From positions 93,558,001 to 93,622,000 of the forward strand of contig NC_042998.1 in the NCBI RefSeq assembly GCF_006345805.1: 64,000 nt of DNA, given 5' to 3'. Shown piece after piece: positions 38,675 to 50,776 of this stretch. A program made the translations under genes and the position numbers. The stretch's first letter is position 1. Each line of letters opens with the position of its first letter. This DNA comes from Octopus sinensis (taxonomy: Eukaryota). Below the pieces are notes generated by a model, which did not search any database, was not told the origin of the DNA, and saw only the letters and a program-made list of their open reading frames with translations.

Positions 38675-39535
38675 TAATAATAATAATAATGATAATAATA
38701 ATAATAATAATAATAATAATGGTTTCAAATTTTGGCACAAAGCCAGCAAATTGGAGGCGGAGATAAGTCAATTATATCGATCCCAGTGTTTAACTGGTAC
38801 ATATTTTATCGACCCCGAAAGAATGAAGGATAAAGTCGATCTCGGCGAAATAATGACCTTTCTAGTAAAGGCACCAGGTCTGAAATTTTGGGGAAAAGAC
38901 TAGTCGATTACATTGACCCCAGTGTTCAATTGATTCCTTTGAATTAGATAAACACCTTTACCATCTCCCCCACCACAAAATTTACTTACTTCTCAAATTT
39001 CATTAAAATCGTATAAAAATCGGATTTTTTTTTCCAAAAAAAAAAACTATTTGTTTGCCAATGAATTTTGCTGAGTTATACTTAATTTGCATTTTTTTTC
39101 TCTTTCTGAATTTTTCAATAATAAAGGTAAGTTATGAACACCCGGTAAGTCCCTGAAACTTGACAACTTGAGAAATTTTTCAGCCTGAAGGTTGAGGGTT
39201 TTTTTTCTTGAAACACCAACAGGTAATGTTGCTCCAGTGTAGGCTATGGCTTTATTGTTTGGTCTGATTTACGTTCTCAGTATTCTTTTAAAACTGGAAT
39301 GCTATCCATTTGAAGTTACTCTGTGTACAGTGTCACTATTATATGTCATTGCTTTATTGTTTTTGATGTTGTTGCTGTGGCTGTCGTTTGTGTCGTTGCT
39401 GATGAAAATAATATATTTTGTTTTGTTTTGTTTTTCTTTGCTTGCTAATTCTGGAAGATTTAATGCCTATGACCTTTGCAGGATCACTGAAACTAGTACA
39501 CGTGATGCGTTGCCGTTCCAATTAAACTGTTGCAG

Positions 39536-39649
39536 GTCAACACCTGCAGGAAAGACATGAGTCGGCAGAGAGAAGATTCTAGAGAGCATAGGGTTAGTAC
39601 AGAAACGGAGATTGGATTGGTGGATCAGAAATGCTTGAATATGGAGAAG
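39536..39649 (+). CDS. Candidate 114-nt exon (VNTCRKDMSRQREDSREHRVSTETEIGLVDQKCLNMEK)
   Basis: TTAAACTGTTGCAG acceptor, AAG|GTATGA donor, open phase 0-0. No homology recognised. Confidence 0.22.
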
Positions 39650-40283
39650 GTATGAAACAAACTAGCTCTGAGGAACAGGGGCGATTATAACAAAACAGGA
39701 GAGAGGAGACAGTGTGCTCATGGACAGGAGGCTGGCGCTTGTTGATTGGTGAATGAATGTCAGTCAGTTGACTGACTGACTGACTGGATGTGGTTTAGGA
39801 TGTCTGTGTGCATAGCAGTAGCACCGTCCCAGGTTAAGGAGCAGTATTTCATTGTGGATCGTAGTGGTGACTGATGATGGTGGTGGAGATGGTGATGATG
39901 AAGATGGAAATGGTGGTGGTGGTGGTGGTGGTGGCTTCGGCTGCGACAGTGCTGGTGGTGGCGGTTATGCTATTCTTCGTGTATTGTTATGGCCGTTGCT
40001 CAAATCCGATAAATAAGAGGCTTGTTTCTCTCATTATAATACGGTACTTTTACATAAGCTGCCATTTATAAAATAATTCTTATTTTAATGTTTTCAACGA
40101 AAGACGAGTTAAATACATACATCTTCATATAGAAAGGATATATTCTTAGAAAAAAAAAACGTTCTTTTCAGCAACTGGACATGTTACAAAAAAGAAAAAG
40201 AAAAGAAAAGAAAAGAAAAAAGCAATTCACAATTTATTGAAATAAATATTATTTTTACCATGTTTCAATGTGTCTGTCTCATT

Positions 40284-40656
<373 letters not shown>

Positions 40657-40740
40657 TAAAATAGTTTGGATATTTACAAATGAATAATATAAAGTAGAGT
40701 AAAAAATTATGATTTGAGTTTGTTGTTTTAGTCTGAGTTG

Positions 40741-41050
40741 CACCGGAAGTCAATGTAAGTCAGTAAAATTGCGAGTTTTGTGTACAAAATATTCTGTGTA
40801 AAATGTGAGCGTATACATATATTAGCGTGTACCTATGAGTTATAATACTTATGTAAAAGCAATTAAACGGTGGTTTATGCATGACGCAGACATCAGCCCA
40901 CGTGTCGAAACCGGAAGCTGCCAAAAACAAAAACGAATAAAATAAACAATAAAAAGATGAGGAAGTGGGTTATTTTTCGCCAAGTCTCTGGCTGATCAGT
41001 TTGATTGGTGACCCTCACCGGAAACGAGAGACAGGTGCTACGTAAGGATG
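40741..41050. promoter_or_regulatory. Promoter-like cluster: four ETS-type sites, E-box, CRE half-site and CCAAT box
   Basis: ACCGGAAGT 40742-40750, TGACGCA 40882-40888, CACGTG 40899-40904, ACCGGAAGC 40910-40918, AGGAAGTG 40960-40967, TGATTGG 41002-41008 and ACCGGAAA 41017-41024, all in non-repetitive, CpG-containing DNA. Confidence 0.55.
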
Positions 41051-41228
41051 GATTCACGGTTGTTGGGCGTCAGAAGGGATGATAGAACCCTTTTAGGAGT
41101 GGTCATGGCGTGCTGTGTCAATGTGAACCTGTTTGTTAATGAAAAAGATGTGGGGGCTGCTTCACCAAGCGCGTTCATCTTTGCGTTCCCTTTCCTTTTG
41201 AAGACCGATCCTTACGAGAGGAAGCGAG

Positions 41229-41261
<33 letters not shown>

Positions 41262-41444
41262 CAATATTTCTATATACATGTATGTGTGAATTAATGTATA
41301 TGTACATGTGTGTATGTGAATGTGTGTGTGTGTGTGTGCGTGTGTGCGTGTGTGTGTGTGTGTAGTAAAATAAGGATTCAGATAGAATCAGGCACTTGCG
41401 TTTGAGTATATGTTGTGTGTGTATATATGTACCCACCCTCTCTT

Positions 41445-41494
<50 letters not shown>

Positions 41495-41589
41495 CGTTTA
41501 TTGTTCAGTAGCATTACAACTGTTTTTATTCCTTATAATTGTTGTTGTTGTTATAAATAATTTAAAATCATTTTAAAGTGAGTTGTTTA

Positions 41590-42740
41590 TCTCTTTTTGC
41601 CATTTTGTCCAATTCGATATCTAGAACTCACCAATTTTCGTTGATGGAATCGCTTGCAGATTGCACCTTTTCAATTATACAATTATGTCTTCAAACTTTA
41701 GCAGGTCGATGGAGGTGATATTGGATGCGAAAATCATTTCACTAATTTCATTACAATTACAAATATGTTGGTGACTACCTGGTCGAGGGAACGCATATTT
41801 CAAGATTTGTAGCACCATCACGTTAACATCATCAGAAATTCTGAACAGAGTCTTCTCAACATTTACGCTCTCCAGGAATGAACTACAAGAAAGTAATACA
41901 CGATTTTAAAGAACGCTAAAAATACATTGGTAGTTGATGCAACACGTCTTTCAAAACTAACAGCCATACCGATCTAGCCAACGACTAACTTTAAAATATG
42001 CATACTTTCTATTTTCGTGCAACACGACGCCGACAAACGTTTCTTGTTTATTTTACGACCAAGTAAGAATGCTTCACTTCTGGAAATTTAGGGATTCCGG
42101 ATTAGAGGTCGCTGGTTTTATTATTGAAAATTTAGGAGCTCTTCATGATTCCATTTCTTCGGTTTGTACACTGCCTGATTCAGTATGGGTGGTTTTACTG
42201 CCCATTCCATGGTGATTTTGAAATTCTCATAATCACCTGAGACCAGTTCCAAAATTCTTGTTGCCCATATGGCAATAGCACTTTAAGATCTGGCACCCTT
42301 GACGTTGTTAATAAAAGATCTTTGACTAATAAGCGCTTCATTAATGTCTTCTCGTAGTTTGTATCTTCCCCAACTCTCATACGCTTCCTTGCACCAGGGG
42401 CGTAATTCAGAATTTCTCACATTTTATTTCTAAGAAAATGTAGAGATATTATCTTTTACCTTGTATATACACAAAACTTGGCATTTTAATAAATACACTT
42501 CACAAATCCTCGCCATCGGAGCCAGCCTTTAACTTCCTAATAAATTTTGGCTTCCCGTTCACAGATAGTGTCACAACATTTTTCGCTTGATTATTATTCT
42601 CCTTTAAAGTCACATTATAAAATACAAGGCTGAAACACACCTAATCACTGAAATAGCAATAATTTTTAAACTACGTCACCCAGATATTGTAAATTCGGTA
42701 GTTTCCTTTTCTTTTTCTCTTACATTTCTCACTCAGAAAA
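41590..42740 (-). pseudogene. Unidentified decayed reading frame
   Basis: One frame from 42420 to 41881 has 5 stops in 180 codons. After a shift it reads FLESVNVEKTLFRISDD..ASNITSIDLLKFEDIIV*LKRCNLQAIPSTKI and ends at a G|GTGAGT donor. Confidence 0.3.
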
Positions 42741-42848
42741 AGATTGATTTCATGCTCCAAATGGGAGAAGATATAATTTTTGAAGTTATATTCTTAGGAA
42801 TAAAAAATGAAATTATATGCCACAGTCATTATCTAGAAATGTCTAGAG

Positions 42849-43098
42849 TAATGGTTCTCAACCGGGGTCCAATGACACTTGGGGTCCATTTTATTGATAT
42901 AATCTATGTTCAATAAATTGGTTATATTACTACAATACACAAAACATTTCGACGGTCTTCTAATGCAATTTTATATTGTATTCAATTATAAAATTAAAAT
43001 GGGATTTTTAAAAATATCGAATGACTGTGAGGTTCCACTTAATTAAAATAGAAATCAAATGGGTCCATAGTTAAAAAGAAAATGGGTGAGAACCACTG
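42849..43098. mobile_element. hAT/Charlie-like MITE
   Basis: TIRs (C>T)AATGGTTCTCA and TGAGAACCACTG. The 8-bp flanks GTCTAGAG and TTCTGGAG fit the NTCTAGAN target. Confidence 0.75.
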
Positions 43099-44222
43099 TT
43101 CTGGAGCGACAGAAAACTACATTTGACATTGAAAACTACGCAAATTCCCGAACAGGGTACTATTGCATAGTTCTATAAGTTTTACTTTTTCTTCAATAAA
43201 AATAAGACTGTGCAATAGTTTGGATTTCGTAGAGGCTGATCACAAATTTTCAATGTTCTCTCTCAAAATATAACAGATTTACACTGAGTGGATAATAGCA
43301 TTTTCAAAAAAATTTGAACATCTTACTGTGTCCAGGCCGCGGTGAGCCTTCATTGTGGTAGGAGTTACGGATCTAGTTTTTTCTCTTTTTTTTCTTTTTT
43401 TTTTCATTCGCAAAATATGCATTTTTTAAAAGACAGTAAAGAATCTGAAAATCGGCTATAATAATGAAGTTTTCCTGTCTAATTGCTATGAAGGTATGAT
43501 GCTGTGGAGAAAGAAATTGGGAGGAAAAGTTACAGAGGTTTAAAAATCGAAAATGGAGCGGTGTCAACTTTAAGTTGTACCCTGTGTAATTTATAGTTTA
43601 GCGTCTCTTCATTGTAAGTTTCTAAACAAACAAAAATACCTAATAAAATCAACATGTATCATCTTACTGTTTCTTTTGTCTCTTCATTTATTTATGCTTT
43701 TATTATTTTTGTTAATTTGTAATATTAATATAAATTGTCTGCATGTGTTTACTTTATGCGTATTCCAGTATTATGATTACCTGTCACGTATTTCTGTACA
43801 TCATTAATATATAAGTGTGTGTGTGTGTGTGTGTGTGAAAAGCGGACGTCTGTCTCCAAAACTTCAAAGTTGAGTAACGTTTTCGTGCTTGGATTTGTAA
43901 ACTACGATAAGAATAACACTGGTCAACAAAGAATTGGTCCCAAGAAAAAGAATGCCTTATATGTTTTTGCAAGCAGAATTCAAGAATAATATCAAATTAT
44001 CTGTACTAAGTTCACATATTCCATTCACCTTCATAATGGCAAGAAACTGTATAAACATCGCAAACAACTTTTGCCTTATATCAGAAATATGTAAAATATT
44101 AAGACAGTTGGCGAAAAATTTTATAATAAAATTCTAATTGACAAATATAAATTTTTATTAAAACAAAATACGCGGGTGAAGTAAATTTCGTGGTGTGCGG
44201 GTAGAACACAACACAATGTGCG

Positions 44223-44236
44223 GTTGTCATGGTAAC
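44223..44236. promoter_or_regulatory. RFX X-box motif GTTGTCATGGTAAC
   Basis: Matches the RTHNYY-WT-RRNRAC palindromic consensus and lies in a small CpG-rich unique patch (44165-44275). Confidence 0.5.
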
Positions 44237-44529
44237 AAGCTGTTAATGCCTCGCTGTCTGTTGATCGGTTAAAATTACCCAAATTTCCCAACTTTAATTC
44301 CAAATAACATCAGATTCTTTAAGTTACAAGATAAAGTAATTGGTTGATCGTAATCAAAATTCATAGTTGCATCGATACATCAAAATTAAAGGAGGCTCAT
44401 TTTGCAAAGGATAAAGACTAGATCTGGAGTCACAAATGAGGATGGGAGTATTGAGCTCAGATTATTCATCTGAGTCTGAAATAGACATCATATATATGCA
44501 AACACACACACACATAGTTGTACACATAT

Positions 44530-44887
<358 letters not shown>

Positions 44888-44920
44888 TTATATACATACA
44901 TATACAGATGCGTTTATACA

Positions 44921-44967
<47 letters not shown>

Positions 44968-45659
44968 TCCTAATATTTGGTCTCTCTGATGAAGCCTTGG
45001 GGCTCAACCATTCTCCAATCCCTGTGCAATGTTTGTTCATCCCTGTATATGACTGGCATGATGTGGAAAACTTGGAAGATTTGACAACCCCATGGTAAAA
45101 ACAGCTGTAAGAGTTTAGTATTTGTATACTCATCTGTTTTTATTCGTTTATTTTTATTTATATATTTATTTACTTATTTATTTGCTTATTTAATTCGTTT
45201 ATTTAGATCACTTACACATATGATTGTAATCAATTAATAAATAGATATAATTGAATGTTTACAGGCTGATGTTTGTCGATTGTTTATCCTCTCCATTTTC
45301 TTATTTGCCTTATAAATCCTGGGTAAATTTCTGATTTACCCCCACTCATACCTAGTGTTCAATTGCGATATTGCCCTGCAATAGTAAGCATTTGGATATA
45401 AATACGTAGGTATACATCCAGTAGTATATTGGATGTTTAATACCCCCTAGGTGGTTACTTAACCTCTCACTCTTGCTTAGACTTTTTGTGGGGCAACCAG
45501 ATCGAACCGTCTCGAGTGTAACTGCCCGAAACGGTCGTGTCTTCTGGTACTTGACTGAAGGAAGAAGGCCACGAATGACCCGTCTTTTTTTGCCTTGTAT
45601 CACCTTTGTATCGTCTATCTGTCCGAATGTTTTATTGTCCTCTATTGCGTTTTTGTTCC

Positions 45660-45742
<83 letters not shown>

Positions 45743-45834
45743 ATCCAAACATGAAAACAAAGAGAAAACACAACAACGCGAGGACGTACAAGTAAAGTGT
45801 TATTGGACGCTCAAGAAAGGAAAGAAAGAAGGAA

Positions 45835-45873
45835 GATCTAACATTTCGAGCGGAGCTCTTCGTCAGAAACATA
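45835..45873 (-). ncRNA. Minimal type I hammerhead motif with intact core, within a small PLE-like unit (about 45740-45960)
   Basis: Reverse complement: tatGTTT CTGACGA a GAGC tcc GCTC GAAA tGTT AGATc. Stems I and III are weak. Confidence 0.6.
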
Positions 45874-47295
45874 GGAAAAGGAAAGGTCCAAGGAAGGGAA
45901 GGCGGAGAAAGAAAATCGCCAACGATACACACGCGGTCACATACACACACACATACACACATTTATACAAGTATTCTTTTGTGTGTATGTGTGTTTGTGA
46001 GTGTGAGTGTGAGTGTGTGAGTGCGTGCGTGTATGCGTGCATGTGTGAGTGAGTGAGTGCGTGCGGGCGTAAATGTGCGAGTGAGTGCGTGCGTGCGTGC
46101 GTGCATGCGGAAATGAAAAGGAGAGAATGAGAGATTTAATCGGTCATCAGAGATACATGGTCTGTTTGTCTTAGCAAGTAGCAGAGAGTCCCTATCGTAC
46201 GTAGCCTAAGCCAGTTAAATTATATATTGGATAATGACGGGCAAAATTAATGAATACTGATAAAACTCAACTTCTCACGCTTTTCTGTTCTCAAATTCTT
46301 TTCTTTTCTTTTTTAGTTATGTTTGTTTCTTAAACCACTCCTTATCCCAATCTGCTCTTTCGCTCCTTCCCAATTTCAATTTTCTCTCTCCACCTGTCCC
46401 TATTTTCCCCTTCTTCCCGTTATGTTTTTGTATTCTCCCTCTCCCTCCCTCTCTCACTCTACTCTCTTTCTCTTTTCCCTCTTATACACATCTATTCTCT
46501 TCGCTTTACTCAGTCTTCTCTCGCTGCTTCATCTTTCCTATTCCTTCCCCAATTTTCTTACATCCTTCTCTATTTCTCAACCATGTATCACAATCTTTTT
46601 TCTTTCACACCACGCTTTCTCACCGTCCTCTTCCCTATTCTCCCATATTTCCCCATCCGTTCCTCCCTTTCTCTACCCTTCCTTCTCCGCCTCTCCCTTT
46701 ATTACCAATATGTCGTCTATTAGATACATTTCTGCTTCATTATCGTCTGCTCAGGGAACAACTGTGAAAATTAAGGCATGAAAACTGAAAACAAGTGATA
46801 AAAATCTGTATTCATATTAGCTCATGATTTTGTTTGCTGTGTAATTACTTCTTCAGACTAAATATAAAACTTTTAGGTTTTCTTAGTTAACCCTCCTGCA
46901 ACTATCACAAAACACTGAAATACTAGAAAGTTTAGTTCCTCTGTCAGCATATTAACTAGCCACTGGTCCATATTCAAACTGTAGAGTCTTATCAGGTCGC
47001 TCTTGAGTGTAACTGGCAACATGTAACCCTGTCGCATGGTCGGCTAAACCAGCAACTCCCACCAAATTTGCTTGGTGAGTAGAGTGGTTTTTGGACGTCT
47101 TACGGGACGAATAACAAAACCCGTCAATGAGCGAAATAACACGTGCGAGTCAACGGCCATCCAATAGCGTGTACATATATAAGTGGGATTTCGTGTCTTG
47201 GTGGTTTGTGTGCTGGACTCATGGTCGTAAGATTGTATTTTCGATTCTTGAACCGGGCGATAGGTAGTGTTCTTCAGTAAAGTACTTCATTCTTC

Positions 47296-48160
47296 ATGAC
47301 CAACTTACTGGTAATGGAAGAATTGGTGATGCGCATCCTCGATGATGGTGATGCTGTTGACATCGTTTTATTGGACTTTGCCAAAGCTTTTGACTCGGTA
47401 AACCACCGCCTATTACTTGTCAAGCTTCAAGCATATAGTTTCCATCCGGATATTGTACGATGGGTTGGTGCCTTCCTCTCAGATCGCTCCTTCCAAGTCC
47501 AAGTTAATGGTTCGCTGTCCGACGTCTCCAGTGCGAGTAGTGGCGTGCCTCAAGGTTCAGTGCTTGGGCCCTTATTGTTCTTAGTTTTCATAAATGACTT
47601 GCCTGACGACCTCACGCAACACACCCTTCTTTTTGCCGACGATGTCAAACTGGTCGCTCCTCCCGGTGATATATATAAGCCTCTTCTCCTTATCTCCTCA
47701 AAGACATACAGCATCTCGAAAGAGTCCAGAAGCTGGCTACCCGCATGGTTCTTGGTCTCAAGAATTTGTCTTATGAAGAAAGGCTGAAAACGCTCGACCT
47801 TTATTCTCTAGAAAAACGACGACGCCGTTGTGATCTCATTCTTGCTCACAACATCATAAGCGGAAAGTGTAACCTCTCGAAAGAGCTGTTCTTCACTCCT
47901 GCTCCAGAGCGTCGGCTGCGGGGTCACTCCGAAAAGCTCTATCTGCGACGATTTCATCTCAATCGAAGGAGAGGGGCTTTCTCCGTCCGGGTCGCGGATC
48001 CGTGGAATAAGCTGCCGGACGAGATGGTGAAGATGCCGACGACCGCTCGGTTCAAAGTCTCCCTTGACCACAAGTGGCCTGATCTCTTTACATGTACATG
48101 TAAAGAGATCATGGCCTTGCTTTTTGCTTTTTGAGCCAAAAATTAACTAAACTAAACTAA
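47296..48160 (+). mobile_element. CR1-clade LINE: RT core joined by an internal deletion to the 3' end
   Basis: LLDFAKAFDSVNH..GVPQGSVLGPLLFLVFINDLP..LFADDVKL. From about 47677 it is closely similar to 14119-14610. It ends in an (AAACT)n tail. Confidence 0.93.
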
Positions 48161-48223
48161 TTCTACGTTGCTAGTCACTCAGCTACGAAAGATGAACAAT
48201 ATTGGCGACCCAGATGAAATTAC

Positions 48224-48472
48224 CTGAAAAGAGTTAAATTGTACGAACGAATAGTACGATGAATAGTACGAACAAATCAAGCACCAAAGTATGGGGGATG
48301 TGGATGTTGGTCGTACTATACTGGTTGGGACTGATTGTTCAACCACGTCGAAGGATGGTGATAATGAAGCCTCTTTCACTGATTCAGATCCTTCCATTGC
48401 CGACACTGCGTGTTGTAAATTAGGTGTGGAAAACCTTTTTCGAGAAGCAGGCGGCATGATACATGGCCCATC
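48224..48472 (-). CDS. Candidate 249-nt internal exon, Ser/Pro/Thr-rich (DGPCIMPPASRKRFSTPNL..NSFQ)
   Basis: TTTTTAG acceptor, CAG|GTAATT donor, 83 open codons in phase 0-0. The antisense frame is also open and the DNA is unique. No homology recognised. Confidence 0.33.
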
Positions 48473-48676
48473 CTAAAAACTTTCAAGGTAATTTTTCGCT
48501 AGGCGCACTACTATGAAAGTCCCACGGGCCGCAGTTTGTTCATGACTGCTGTAAAGGAATTAGAAATTTATTAAATATACTAGTCAATCGTAAACGAGTG
48601 TCTACCTTTTAAACAATGTCGGCGATCCCGGGTTTTTGTCCACAGGGCAAGGCATAAAATGACAGCGTATTTATAC

Positions 48677-48708
<32 letters not shown>

Positions 48709-48710
48709 CA

Positions 48711-48744
<34 letters not shown>

Positions 48745-48747
48745 AAT

Positions 48748-48796
<49 letters not shown>

Positions 48797-48825
48797 TAGA
48801 TAGATAGATAGATAGATAGATATGC

Positions 48826-48866
<41 letters not shown>

Positions 48867-48869
48867 TAT

Positions 48870-50100
48870 TATCTTGTTTCAGTCATTAAACTGCAGCACT
48901 GCCTTGAAAAATTTGAGATCAGTACTTATTTTTTCTAAGCATGGTACTTGGTACTTATTCTATCGGTGTCTTTTGCCAAACTGCTAAGTTATAGCAACGT
49001 AGACAAACCAGCACCGGTTGTTAAGTGATGTGGGGAACAAACACAGATGCACACAAACACATATCTATCTATTGATATATATACATATATACGAAGTAAG
49101 CACATAAATGTGAAACAAGGTGGAAAAAGTGTACTCAAATACCAGCGGTAGAGTAATATGCTTTATTTAAAAGCAGCAGAAATATAACAAAAGCTGTTAC
49201 TCAGAGTTTCACGCTCCCGTTCGTCGGACAAAAGAAGTATTATAACATTATTCCTCATATACAAAAACAGCCATACCAACAATCCATCATCTGCTGCCCC
49301 ACGGATATCATTATGGTTTCGACACCTGGGAAGTACCATTCAATCCAGCAATGTCAACAGCACTAAAATAAGTGTTGTTTGGGAACAAACATACTAAAGA
49401 AACCACAACTTTCAAACACATTTACCCTATGTACGACAGTATCTGTAAACAAATTAATAAGTCAATCAATAACCAACTCCTAAATATGTAACTAAACAGT
49501 GACCAAATCTTTAAGTCATACATTTATTCCCTACAGCCTTCCTTAGCATAATAAAAGTGAAAGCTTAATAACCACATTCATTCAATCTAAATATTGGCAG
49601 GATTAAACACTGACTTTAAAATTAAACTACAAGAAACACATAAATCTCTGTATATCTCTATCAGTATTCATAGTAAAGCTACAATAACTAAATTATATAC
49701 TTCTATAGTTACTACAATAGAAAAAAGTGAAAGCTTTATTTCAATTCTCTCCAAAACAAAATGCGATTGAATTTAATTTAACAAATAATATAATTGAGTG
49801 AAATACATTATTTCATAATTCATACGTTAATAATAAAAACACTACATACTCATTAATATATTATCCTTACAAGTTTTAATATAAACTTACCAGTAACTAG
49901 TAGAAATATTAAATTTATTTAATAGGAACTGATAAAAGTACACTTGCAATTAACTATTATCATAAAACCTTGCTACTCAACAAACTTCTTTCAGTTTCAG
50001 TCTACCATATCCACTCACAAGGCTCTGGTTAGCCCCAAGGTTGTTGAACATGTCACACAGTGAGACTGAACCTGAAACCAAGTGGTTGGGAAGCAAACCT
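48870..50100 (-). mobile_element. SINE family A split by an insertion of about 900 bp at its internal TA tract
   Basis: Tail at 48870-49075. The central part and head resume at about 49985-50100. Confidence 0.6.
49194..49231 (-). ncRNA. Type I hammerhead motif with U4C substitution
   Basis: Reverse complement: TTGT CcGACGA ACG ggag CGT GAA ACTC t GAGT A ACAG. All three stems pair and the site is GUA. Confidence 0.7.
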
Positions 50101-50106
50101 CTTGAT

Positions 50107-50154
<48 letters not shown>

Positions 50155-50182
50155 AAACACACACACACACACATACACAGCT

Positions 50183-50307
50183 GCAGGTGTGGGTGTGTTA
50201 AGAAGCTTGCTTCCAAATCACATGGTTCTGGGTTCAGTCCCACTACATGGCACCTTGGGCAAGCCTTGTCAGTGGATTTGTAGACAGAAACTGAAAGAAA
50301 CTCATCG

Positions 50308-50354
<47 letters not shown>

Positions 50355-50585
50355 CACACACACACACACATATATATGTATGATGTATGTATGTATGTAT
50401 TTGTATGTCTCTGTGTTTGTTCCCGTGCCCTCGCTTGATAACTGACGGTGTTGTGTTTACGTCCCTGTAACTAAGTGGTTTGGTGAAAGAGACCGAAAGA
50501 ATGAATACTAGGCTTATAAAGAGTAAGTCCTGGGGTCTATTTATTTAACTAAAGGTGGTATTCCAGCATGGCCACAGTCAAATGA
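50183..50585 (+). mobile_element. SINE family A
   Basis: Head, CORE-like box, (TA)n(CA)n and tail. Confidence 0.85.
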
Positions 50586-50776
50586 GGTCAAATTTTTGCA
50601 GCTAATGTTTATCCCAAATTTCAGTATATGTATGAAAAACAGGCAAAGTGAAAGAGCCAGTGTGAACTGTGACTATTCCACAGAATATACTATGGTACTT
50701 AAAGGTATTAAGTCATGTAGCATATTAGGGATATAATGTTTAATTTTGTTTACTTTTTATGTACAACATAAATTGT

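Noticed and set aside
41048-41365. ORF MDSRLLGVRR.. next to the promoter cluster
   Set aside because: No recognisable domain, and it runs into a (CA)n/(TG)n array without a donor site.
44986-45010. CTGATGA-AGCC-TTGG-GGCT-CAACC, hammerhead-like
   Set aside because: GAAA is replaced by CAAC and I find no stem I or III partner. At most a dead fossil.
45496-45548. Hairpin ACCAGA..ACCGTCTCG..CGAAACGGT..TCTGGT containing GAAAC and GTC
   Set aside because: There is no CUGANGA on either strand. It is probably a repeat terminus.
46995-47060. Possible HDV-like ribozyme at an RTE-like 5' end (CTGG..GGCTAAACCAG)
   Set aside because: I could not identify P1 or a valid P3/L3 by eye. It needs a descriptor search.
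48423-48487. Plus-strand segment CGKPFSRSRRH before an AAG|GTAATT donor, resembling a C2H2 zinc finger
   Set aside because: It lacks the first Cys, the Leu and the H-x3-H spacing.
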